Shown here: positions 40,730 to 48,332 of the stretch, one piece after another
Numbering within the stretch: position 1 is the stretch's first letter
Layout of the letters: the number at the start of each line of letters is the position of its first letter
Assembly (NCBI GenBank): GCA_028343435.1
Contig: JAOLYM010000001.1
Location: forward strand, 40,525-104,524
Length of the DNA: 64,000 nt
Source of the DNA: Candidatus Nitrosopelagicus sp.
GTDB lineage: Archaea; Thermoproteota; Nitrososphaeria; Nitrososphaerales; Nitrosopumilaceae
Reading direction: 5' to 3'
The notes under the pieces: model-generated
Told to the model about the DNA's origin: nothing
The model's input: only the letters and a program-made list of their open reading frames with translations
Database searches by the model: none
Position numbers and translations under genes: made by a program

Positions 40730-41815
40730 TTAGTTTGTAGTAGCTTCTGCTTGCATCTCATCTTGTAATTTTGCTGCAACAATACTACATTGTGCTGCAA
40801 CATTTTTTGCTGCGATTCTGAATGCTTCTGCACTAGGTGATTCTGCATCTGTCATCATTACAGGTTTACCTAAATCAGAACCTTCCATAATTCCAGAGTT
40901 TAATGGAATTTCTCCTAAGAATGGAATTTCATGTTTTTCACTAATTTTTTTTGCTCCACCATTACCAAAGATGTAATGTTTGTTTGAACAATCAGGACAA
41001 GAGAAATAACTCATATTTTCTACAACGCCAAGTATTGGTACGTTGAGTTTATCAAACATTCCAATTGCTTTGACTGCAACATTACTTGCAACATCCTGAG
41101 GAGTTGTTACAACTAGTATGCCAGTGATAGGAATTGTTTGTGCTAATGTTAACGGGATATCACCAGTACCGGGTGGAAGATCAACTATAAGATAATCAAG
41201 ATTTGTCCAGTTTGTATCAACTAAAAACTGTTTTAAGATTCCAGAAATTATAGGTCCACGATAAATTGCTGCTTGATGTTCTTGTTCTGCAAAAAATCCA
41301 AAAGATACGACTTTAAGATCATCAAATGTTGCAGGTTGTAATTTATTATCTTCTACTTCCATTGCACCATCTTTCATTCCTAACATTAGAGGAATACTTG
41401 GTCCATAGATGTCTGCATCAAGTAAACCAACCTTTGCACCGGTTTGAGATAATGCAAGTGCAAGATTTAATGACACAGTGGATTTTCCAACACCACCTTT
41501 TCCACTAGCAACGCCGATTACATTTTTGACAGTTGCCATTGCTTCATCGGCATCAAGTGAACGACCTTCCATAACTTTTGCAGTAACTTTCAAATCAAAA
41601 TTTTCAATGCCATCAATGTCATCAATAGCTTTTCTTACATCGGCTTCAATCTCATCATTAAATGGACAAGCAGGAGTAGTTAGTTCTAAAGTGAATTTAA
41701 GATCACCCGAGTTTAATTCTAAATCCTTAATCATACCCATTGATACGATATCTTTTTTCAAATCAGGATCAACGACTGTTGCCAGTTTTTCTAATACTTG
41801 ATCTACACCAACCAT
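40730..41815 (-). CDS. mrp: Mrp/NBP35 (ApbC) Fe-S cluster carrier ATPase
   Basis: DUF59 domain (TTPACP), GKGGVGKST, DLPPGTGD, ENMS..CPDC. Confidence 0.93.
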   Translation of the reverse strand: MVGVDQVLEKLATVVDPDLKKDIVSMGMIKDLELNSGDLKFTLELTTPACPFNDEIEADVRKAIDDIDGIENFDLKVTAKVMEGRSLDADEAMATVKNVIGVASGKGGVGKSTVSLNLALALSQTGAKVGLLDADIYGPSIPLMLGMKDGAMEVEDNKLQPATFDDLKVVSFGFFAEQEHQAAIYRGPIISGILKQFLVDTNWTNLDYLIVDLPPGTGDIPLTLAQTIPITGILVVTTPQDVASNVAVKAIGMFDKLNVPILGVVENMSYFSCPDCSNKHYIFGNGGAKKISEKHEIPFLGEIPLNSGIMEGSDLGKPVMMTDAESPSAEAFRIAAKNVAAQCSIVAAKLQDEMQAEATTN

Positions 41816-41985
41816 TGTGCAGATTACTCATTCTCTTCATTTAAAATATTCTTTACTTAGTCCGAACTAATTAGAGAATTATCGTGCACTGAGGCACAGG
41901 CATACTAGAAAAATTGGAATAATTTGAATAAATCTTAGAAAATATCCAAAGGTTCATAAATAAAAATTCCATCAAAAAATTGCAA

Positions 41986-42579
41986 TTGTTTTCGGTTTCA
42001 ACTCTAGTAGATATTGTAAGAATTCCACCTAGTCTATTTGGTTCAACATTGAAGAAAGCAGCAGAGAGTATTTTAAAATCAAAATATGAAAGTATGATCA
42101 ATCAGGAATTAGGATACATCATAATGGTAATGGATGCCAAAGTGGAGCCAATGGGAAAAATGATTCCAGGTGATGGTGGTACATTCCATAGAGTAGAATT
42201 TCAAGCATTAACATTTTATCCAAAATTACAAGAAATCGTTCAAGGTGAAATTGTAGACATTACAGACTTTGGTGCATTTGTAAGAATTGGACCAACTGAT
42301 GCATTGTTACACTTGTCACAAGTAATGGATGATTATTTGAAAAGTGATGTGGCATCAGGTATGATAATTGCAAATCAAAGTGGAAGAACATTAAAAGTTG
42401 GTTCCATGTTAAGAACTAGAATTACTGCAGTATCATTAGGTAAAGCAGCTACAATGGGAAAAATTGGAATTACATGTAGACAGCCATTCCTAGGTACAGA
42501 AGAATGGATTAAAGAAGAAATTGCAAAAGCAAATGGTGAAGAAGTTGATGCAAAAGAAGTTGTTGTTGAGGAAAAATAA
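41986..42579 (+). CDS. rpo7: RNA polymerase subunit Rpo7 (E')
   Basis: VRIPP, PGDGG, S1 domain FGAFVRIGP, QPFLG; exact start uncertain. Confidence 0.93.
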   Translation: MFSVSTLVDIVRIPPSLFGSTLKKAAESILKSKYESMINQELGYIIMVMDAKVEPMGKMIPGDGGTFHRVEFQALTFYPKLQEIVQGEIVDITDFGAFVRIGPTDALLHLSQVMDDYLKSDVASGMIIANQSGRTLKVGSMLRTRITAVSLGKAATMGKIGITCRQPFLGTEEWIKEEIAKANGEEVDAKEVVVEEK

Positions 42580-42768
42580 TTGGCAAAAGAATTAGCTTGT
42601 AGAGAATGTAGATGTGTAACAGTGGCAAAAGTTTGTCCAGTATGTAAATCAACAGACCTTTCACCAGACTGGGACGGAATAGTTCTAGTTGTTAAACCAA
42701 CTAACTCAAAAATTGCCAGTACGTTAGGAATTAGTAAACCAGGCAAATATGCATTAAAGGTAACATAA
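42580..42768 (+). CDS. spt4: Transcription elongation factor Spt4 (RpoE'')
   Basis: ACREC, CPVC, PGKYALKV. Confidence 0.93.
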   Translation: MAKELACRECRCVTVAKVCPVCKSTDLSPDWDGIVLVVKPTNSKIASTLGISKPGKYALKVT

Positions 42769-42769
42769 A

Positions 42770-43597
42770 TTGACATATTCTCCAAAAAGAGAATTAAAAC
42801 GATTTTTAGATGAAGACGTTGGAAATGGCGACATTACAAGTAAATTATTGAAAAAGCAAAATATCATTGCAAGAATCATTACAAGAGAAGAAACAATTGT
42901 TGCAGGTACTAAGTATGCAAAAGAAATTTTTGCATTAAAAAAATGTAAAACTAAAATTCATAAAAAAGATGGAAAATTTGCAAGACCGAATGAGATCATT
43001 TTAGAAATAAAAGGTAACGCAGGAAATATTTTAACATGTGAAAGAACAGCGTTGAATTTACTATCGAGAATGTGTGGAATTGCAACACAGACAAACAATC
43101 TCAAAAAACAGATCAAATCAGCAGGCTCAAAATCCAAAGTTTTTGCAACACGAAAGACAGTTCCAGGTTTAAGATTTTTTGATAAAGAAGCAGTAAAAAT
43201 TGGCGGTGGAGAAAAACATAGAATGACTCTCAACGAAAGTATTATGATTAAAGATAATCACTTGGCAGTTGAGAAATCAATTGAAGATATTTTAAGAAAA
43301 GCAAAAAAAACAAGAGGTAAAATTGAGATTGAAGTTGAGACAGAAAAAGATGCAATTTTGTGTGCAAAGATGGGGGCAGACATCATAATGCTAGATAACT
43401 TCACTCCAGAAAAAATTAAGAAAACAGTAAAAAAATTAATCAAACTTGGATTAAGAAACAAGGTTGTTTTAGAGGCATCAGGAAGGATAAATTCAAAAAA
43501 TATTACAAGATATGCAAAAACAAATGTCGATATGATTTCTGTGGGAAGTATTACTAATTCAGTTAATGGTATAGATTTGAGTTTAGAAATTTCTTAA
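42770..43597 (+). CDS. nadC: Nicotinate-nucleotide diphosphorylase (carboxylating)
   Basis: ERTALN, TRKTVPG, HR, IKDNH, MLDN, EASG. Confidence 0.95.
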   Translation: MTYSPKRELKRFLDEDVGNGDITSKLLKKQNIIARIITREETIVAGTKYAKEIFALKKCKTKIHKKDGKFARPNEIILEIKGNAGNILTCERTALNLLSRMCGIATQTNNLKKQIKSAGSKSKVFATRKTVPGLRFFDKEAVKIGGGEKHRMTLNESIMIKDNHLAVEKSIEDILRKAKKTRGKIEIEVETEKDAILCAKMGADIIMLDNFTPEKIKKTVKKLIKLGLRNKVVLEASGRINSKNITRYAKTNVDMISVGSITNSVNGIDLSLEIS

Positions 43598-44529
43598 CTT
43601 ATTGCAAGCATTCTTTCAATTGCAAGTCGTGCCTTATCAGCAGTATCTTTTGGAACGGTAACTACATTTTCCTCATTTAATAAAGAATCATAGACTTTCT
43701 CTAGCGTAATCATTTTCATATATTCACATTCTGCTTTTTCTGATGCAGGAATGAATTTTTTACCAGGATTTTGTTGTTTCATTCTATATAAAATTCCAGT
43801 TTCCGTTGCAACTACAAATTCATTAGATTTTGAATTTTTCACATGATTCATCATTCCTTCAGTAGATAGAATTTGTACTTGATTCGATTTGTAGCTACCA
43901 TTTGCAACATCGTACATCATAGGAGTAGTACAGCTACATTCAGGATGAATTAGAAATTCTGCATTAGCGAGAGAGTTTAATTTTTCTTTAACATGATCAG
44001 GTGTAATGCCAGCATGTACATGACATTCTCCTGCCCAAATTAACATATTTTTTCTTCCAGTCATTTTTGCAACATAAGATCCTAAGAACATATCAGGTAA
44101 GAATAGAATTTCCTTTTCGTCAGGAATTGCTTTAACAACATTTACTGCATTTGAGGAAGTACAACAATAATCTAATTCAGATTTTATTTCAGCAGTAGTA
44201 TTGACATAACCAACTGCAATTGCATGTGGGTGTTCAGATTTCCATTTTTTTAATTGATCAATGTTTATTGAATCAGATAAAGAACAACCTGCATTGGCGT
44301 CAGGAATAAGAACTTTTTTTTCAGGACTAATTATTGCTGCAGTTTCAGCCATGAAATGTACACCACAGAATAAAATTGTTTTATGAGGGGTTTTTGCTGC
44401 TTGACGTGCAAGACCTAAAGAATCACCTACAAAATCAGCTACATCTTGAACTTCAGGAATTTGATAATTATGTGCAAGAATAACTACATCCTTTTTCTTT
44501 TTCAATTCTTCAATCTTATCTTTTAACAT
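43594..44529 (-). CDS. nadA: Quinolinate synthase A
   Basis: LAHNYQ, GDS, CGVHFMAET, CHVH, HPEC. Confidence 0.95.
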   Translation of the reverse strand: MLKDKIEELKKKKDVVILAHNYQIPEVQDVADFVGDSLGLARQAAKTPHKTILFCGVHFMAETAAIISPEKKVLIPDANAGCSLSDSINIDQLKKWKSEHPHAIAVGYVNTTAEIKSELDYCCTSSNAVNVVKAIPDEKEILFLPDMFLGSYVAKMTGRKNMLIWAGECHVHAGITPDHVKEKLNSLANAEFLIHPECSCTTPMMYDVANGSYKSNQVQILSTEGMMNHVKNSKSNEFVVATETGILYRMKQQNPGKKFIPASEKAECEYMKMITLEKVYDSLLNEENVVTVPKDTADKARLAIERMLAIS

Positions 44530-44640
44530 CCGAAATCCTCCCTCCAGTAATCATTTAAAGTATTATTATTTTACCAAAAAAATACATAGAAATTTTGTTT
44601 TGAGGTAATTCTTGCCGTCATTTATGTAGTAAATTTAAAA

Positions 44641-44715
44641 CGGGCCCAAAGGGATTCGAACCCCCGACCTATTGCTCCGCAAGCAATCGCTCTATCCATG
44701 CTGAGCTATGAACCC
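44641..44715 (-). tRNA. tRNA-Arg(GCG), no intron, CCA not encoded
   Basis: GGGTTCATAGCTCAGCATGGATAGAGCG-ATTGC-TTGCGGA-GCAAT-AGGTCGGGGGTTCGAATCCCTTTGGGCCCG folds as a cloverleaf. Confidence 0.95.
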
Positions 44716-44758
44716 ATTAATTTACTTGGAAAAATTGTTAAAAACGTTTGGAAAAAAA

Positions 44759-45472
44759 TTATGCTTCTTTTTCTGCTGGTTTAACGTACAGGTAGTTCAT
44801 TACCACACCTGCAATGATACCACCGATGATTGGACCTACCCAGTATAACCATTGAACTTCCCATAAACCAGCATCTCCAGATACTAATGTAGGTGAAAAT
44901 GATCTTGCAGGATTCATTGAAGCACCAGTTAATGGAACACCGACTAAGTGTAGTAAGAATACCATTCCGCCTATTGCACCACCGTAAATTTGCTTTGGTG
45001 CTTTTGTGTGAACTGCAGTCATGTAAATTACAACAACTAAAAAGAATGTCAAGATAATTTCAACTGCCAATCCAGATAACATACTGTTACCGATTAATTC
45101 ACTTGGACCTCCATGGGCACCCCAGAATACCTTCTTACCAATTTCTGGAAATAGTGCTTGTAAACTTAGAGTTGCTATAACTGCACCCATTATTTGAAAT
45201 AGAATATATCCGATTCCATTTTTAACATCAATCTTTTTTGTAATCATCATAGGTATTGTAACTGCTGGATTGATATGCGCACCAGAAATATGTCCAAATG
45301 CATAAACCATCAATACAATTATTCCACCGTGACCAAGTGAAATGAAAATTATTGCTTCAGTTGATAATCCATCACCATACCATGCAGCCGCTAGAATTAC
45401 AGATAGTGGTCCAAAGAATACTAGACCAAATGTTGCAATTGCTTCTGCAAGCCATGCTCTTGGATTAACCAT
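44759..45472 (-). CDS. Aquaporin (MIP family)
   Basis: SGAHINPA and GASMNPAR (two NPA motifs). Confidence 0.95.
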   Translation of the reverse strand: MVNPRAWLAEAIATFGLVFFGPLSVILAAAWYGDGLSTEAIIFISLGHGGIIVLMVYAFGHISGAHINPAVTIPMMITKKIDVKNGIGYILFQIMGAVIATLSLQALFPEIGKKVFWGAHGGPSELIGNSMLSGLAVEIILTFFLVVVIYMTAVHTKAPKQIYGGAIGGMVFLLHLVGVPLTGASMNPARSFSPTLVSGDAGLWEVQWLYWVGPIIGGIIAGVVMNYLYVKPAEKEA

Positions 45473-45550
45473 ATTCGATGTCGAATTTCATATCCATATA
45501 AAACATACTAGTCAATTTTAACTCAAAGAATATTTATCTGGAAAAATCAT

Positions 45551-46018
45551 ATGAGCATTATGATAGAAGAAGGAAAAGCAGTACCAAAATTTCAATTACA
45601 AGATGCAGATGGTAATATGATCAAATCATCTCAACTCAAAGGAAAAAAATTTGTTGTTTATTTTTATCCAAGAGATTTTACACCAGGATGCACAACCGAG
45701 GCAGATGAATTTTCTAAAGATTATAAAAAATTTCAAAAAGCCGGAATTGAAATTATTGGAATTAGTAAAGATGATGTTACATCACATAGAAAATTTTGTG
45801 ATAAAATGAACATACCTTACATTTTACTTGCAGATGTTGAGACAGAAGTTTGTAAAAAGTTTGGCGTATGGGGATTAAAAAAATTCATGGGACGAGAGTT
45901 TATGGGAATTAATCGTAGTACATTTCTAGTAAATGAAAAAGGAAAAATTTTCAAGGTTTTTCCTAAAGTAAAACCAAAGGGACATTCAAAGGAAGTCCTA
46001 GAAGCTTTTCAAAAATAA
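45551..46018 (+). CDS. bcp: Bcp/PrxQ peroxiredoxin
   Basis: YFYPRDFTPGCTTE, RSTFL. Confidence 0.92.
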   Translation: MSIMIEEGKAVPKFQLQDADGNMIKSSQLKGKKFVVYFYPRDFTPGCTTEADEFSKDYKKFQKAGIEIIGISKDDVTSHRKFCDKMNIPYILLADVETEVCKKFGVWGLKKFMGREFMGINRSTFLVNEKGKIFKVFPKVKPKGHSKEVLEAFQK

Positions 46019-46040
46019 AATAAAAGAAGAGTAAGGGCGG

Positions 46041-46931
46041 TTAATGTCCAGTGTTTGCTTTTGCACCTGCAGGTCCCCAACCTTTTGGCATTGAGCCTCG
46101 GTTAGATTGTGCGGCTGCGGTTGCTGCTGCTTCTGCGGCAGCTGCTTCTGCTGCTGCTTTTGCATCATCAACTTTTTTCTGTTCTAGACGTACCAAGTAT
46201 TCTTTCTCATAATCTTCAAGTTCTTGCTGCTTTGATTTTCCATCAGATGCACTTCCAGCACTAGCCTGAACTTCAGGTTGTGGAGGTGGTGGAGGTGGTG
46301 GAGCAGATTTTGCTTGTCCACTTGCCGGAGCATCATTTATCCAAGTACCAAATTTTTTGGCTTCTGGGTGATATGCAAGTCTTTGTCTTGTTGCAAAGTA
46401 CTTGTTTCCTGGTGCTGTGTAACCAGTGATTTTTGTTTTTTGATCATTCCAGTTGGATGGTGTAACTTCAGTTTGCGCTACAAGAGCTCTGCTACCAAAG
46501 TATCTGTTGCTCGGTGCAGTGAAACCAGTGATTGCAACTTTTTGTGTGTTCCAGTTTCCTGTTGGAATTTCACGGAATCTTTCGTGAAGTGGAACTGAAG
46601 GTGCTTTCTCTGCAGGCTTTGGTGGTGCCTTGTCTGCAGGCTTTTCATCATGTCCGTGTGGACCGCCACCGCCTTCTGGTTTTTTAACTTCTGCTGGTTT
46701 TGGTTTTGGTGCAGTTTCTGCTGGTTTTGGAGCTGGTTTTGGAGCTAGTTTTGGAGCTGGTTTTGATTCAGCACCTGCTGCAAGACCTGATAATCGCTTT
46801 TCTAATTGAGCAATCTTTGCTTCTAAATCAGCTTTTGTTGTTCTTGAAGATGTTGTTTTACGTTTTGTTGTTGTTTTACGTTTTGTTGTTGTTTTACGTT
46901 TTGTTGTTGTACGCTTTTTCGATGTCGCCAT
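46041..46931 (-). CDS. Modular low-complexity protein, AKANTGH family member A (296 aa)
   Basis: KRKTTT basic repeats, coiled coil, P/A/K/E linker, GPHGHDEKP, two NWN..K..ITG.TAP.N.YF repeats, PKGW...AKANTGH. Confidence 0.85.
   Translation of the reverse strand: MATSKKRTTTKRKTTTKRKTTTKRKTTSSRTTKADLEAKIAQLEKRLSGLAAGAESKPAPKLAPKPAPKPAETAPKPKPAEVKKPEGGGGPHGHDEKPADKAPPKPAEKAPSVPLHERFREIPTGNWNTQKVAITGFTAPSNRYFGSRALVAQTEVTPSNWNDQKTKITGYTAPGNKYFATRQRLAYHPEAKKFGTWINDAPASGQAKSAPPPPPPPQPEVQASAGSASDGKSKQQELEDYEKEYLVRLEQKKVDDAKAAAEAAAAEAAATAAAQSNRGSMPKGWGPAGAKANTGH
46338..46590. repeat. About 253-bp dispersed repeat, second copy at 48591-48843 (shared core of members A and D)
   Basis: Near-identical LHERFREIPTGNWN...KKFGTWI coding segments. 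Confidence 0.9.
46851..46910. repeat. 18-bp tandem repeat, about 3.3 copies (encodes TTTKRK)
   Basis: TGTTGTTTTACGTTTTGT repeated at 46851, 46869, 46887. Confidence 0.9.
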
Positions 46932-47053
46932 TGGTGGAATAGGGAATTAGTTGCTTATGTGCATTTTGTAACGGTATAAAATTTTTGCAAAAAAATAAAC
47001 AAAAATATGTAAAAATTTGAAAAAAGGAGTTGTAAAAAGGAGTATAGATTTTC

Positions 47054-47608
47054 TTATATTCCCATTTCAGATTTAAGCTGAGTGCACCAATTCTTTACTC
47101 GTTCGGCTGTAAGATCTCCTTCGCTGTCTTCATCAACAGGTAGTCCACAAAACTTCTCACCGTCTTCTGGTGGTGTTATTTCATTTAGATGTGGAATTAA
47201 ACATCTTGAATGAGTAAAGTTTTCGTAGCCATCTAGACTTACATATCCGACCATTTTTGCACCTGCTTTTTCGAAATATCTGTGTAGTTCTTCCATTGCA
47301 TCGACATAGTCTTCGCCGTAACCAACAGAGTCACCTAAACCAAATACTGCGACCGGCTTACCTTTGAGATCTAATTCACCTATTTTTTCTAATAGTTCAT
47401 CCCAAGCAGTTCCAGATCTTAATTCTTCGGCTCCAGTATTCCAAGTAGGAATGCCACATATGAGACCATCAAGGCCGGCAAAGTCTGCCAAATCGCCTTC
47501 GGTAACATCTTTGGCAGCTGCTACTGCATCTCCTAGTTCTTCTGTTATTATACCACAAACGGTTTCTGTTTTACCAGTTTGGGTACCAAAATATAGTCCG
47601 ATTGTCAT
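47054..47608 (-). CDS. fldA: Long-chain flavodoxin, cyanobacterial IsiB-like
   Basis: GTQTGKTE phosphate loop, GIPTWNTG, FGLGDS..Y...YVDAM, FCGLPVDED; ATG at 47608 with TTAAATA about 21 nt upstream. Confidence 0.92.
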   Translation of the reverse strand: MTIGLYFGTQTGKTETVCGIITEELGDAVAAAKDVTEGDLADFAGLDGLICGIPTWNTGAEELRSGTAWDELLEKIGELDLKGKPVAVFGLGDSVGYGEDYVDAMEELHRYFEKAGAKMVGYVSLDGYENFTHSRCLIPHLNEITPPEDGEKFCGLPVDEDSEGDLTAERVKNWCTQLKSEMGI

Positions 47609-47660
47609 TAAAAAATTTCCCACCCCATTATATTTAATTCATACTAATTTGGTAGATCAA

Positions 47661-47762
47661 AGAAAAATAAAAGAAAAAAAGAAATTTAGAATTTACACTA
47701 ATGATTAGTGTCCTGTGTTTGCTTTTGCATCTTTGATGAATCCTTTTGGTAAGGTTGCGCCT
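47661..47762. repeat. About 100-bp direct repeat, copy 1 of 3 (others about 47961-48062 and 48291-48392), covering the family 3' end and terminator
   Basis: A-rich tract + TAGAATTTACACTAATGATTAGTGTCCTGTGTTTGCTTTTGC...CCTTTTGGTAAGGTTGCGCC in all three. Confidence 0.92.
47695..47711 (-). terminator. 17-bp palindrome ACACTAATGATTAGTGT overlapping His-stop codons, followed by oligo-T; identical at 47993-48009 and 48323-48339
   Basis: Perfect 8-bp inverted arms with 1-nt centre; T-rich tract follows on the minus strand. Confidence 0.6.
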
Positions 47763-47872
47763 TTTTTCTTCATTTCTTCAGCATAATCGTCTTTAGCTGC
47801 ATCGGCTTCTGCCTTCTTTTTCTTTGCATCTTCTGCATCTGGTTTTTCATCATGTGCGTGTGGACCAGCCAT
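47705..47872 (-). CDS. AKANTGH family member B (55 aa)
   Basis: Hand translation MAGPHAHDEKPDAEDAKKKKAEADAAKDDYAEEMKKKGATLPKGFIKDAKANTGH; ATAAATA box about 24 nt upstream. Confidence 0.85.
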   Translation of the reverse strand: MAGPHAHDEKPDAEDAKKKKAEADAAKDDYAEEMKKKGATLPKGFIKDAKANTGH

Positions 47873-48002
47873 AAGATGGTCAGTGTCATGGTTGTTTATT
47901 TATGTAATGATATTGAGATTTTTTCAATAAATTAGACAGTTTTAGAAGAAAATTCAAGAAAATAGAAATAAAAAAAGAAAGTTCTAGAATTTACACTAAT
48001 GA

Positions 48003-48161
48003 TTAGTGTCCTGTGTTTGCTTTTGCGTCAGAAATGAAACCTTTTGGTAAGGTTGCGCCTTTCTTTCTCATTTTTTCAATATATTCTGCTTTAGCTTTAT
48101 CAGCAGCATCTTGTTTTTTCTTTGCTTCTTCTGCTACTGTAGCTTTTTTTGATTTTGCCAA
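48003..48161 (-). CDS. AKANTGH family member C (52 aa)
   Basis: Hand translation (TTG)AKSKKATVAEEAKKKQDAADKAKAEYIEKMRKKGATLPKGFISDAKANTGH; TTAAATA about 22 nt upstream. Confidence 0.8.
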   Translation of the reverse strand: MAKSKKATVAEEAKKKQDAADKAKAEYIEKMRKKGATLPKGFISDAKANTGH

Positions 48162-48332
48162 TTCCTTTGATCACAGATATGGATATTTAATTAACATGTT
48201 AATTTCAAAAGTTAGTTTTAGAATCTAATTACAAAATTTTAGAGTGTGATAGTATGAGAAATAGGATAAAATGTAATTAACAGTTTAAAGAAAATAAAAG
48301 AAAAAAGAATGTTCTAGAATTTACACTAATGA

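Noticed and set aside
40726-40848. N-terminal extension of the DUF359 ORF given in the ORF track
   Set aside because: It overlaps the 3' end of mrp in another frame; family similarity begins at about 40725
46031-46043. TAACCGCYCT after the stop codons of both member A and ino1 (about 7531-7540)
   Set aside because: Only two short instances, with no further shared structure
47741-47755. LPKG as a sortase LPxTG signal
   Set aside because: No Thr at the fourth position, no following TM or basic tail, and no signal peptides in the family
47873-47890. CTGACCATCTT upstream of member B, identical to the 3' end of the C/D sRNA
   Set aside because: No C box or correctly spaced C'/D' boxes upstream; an 11-nt match is plausibly chance
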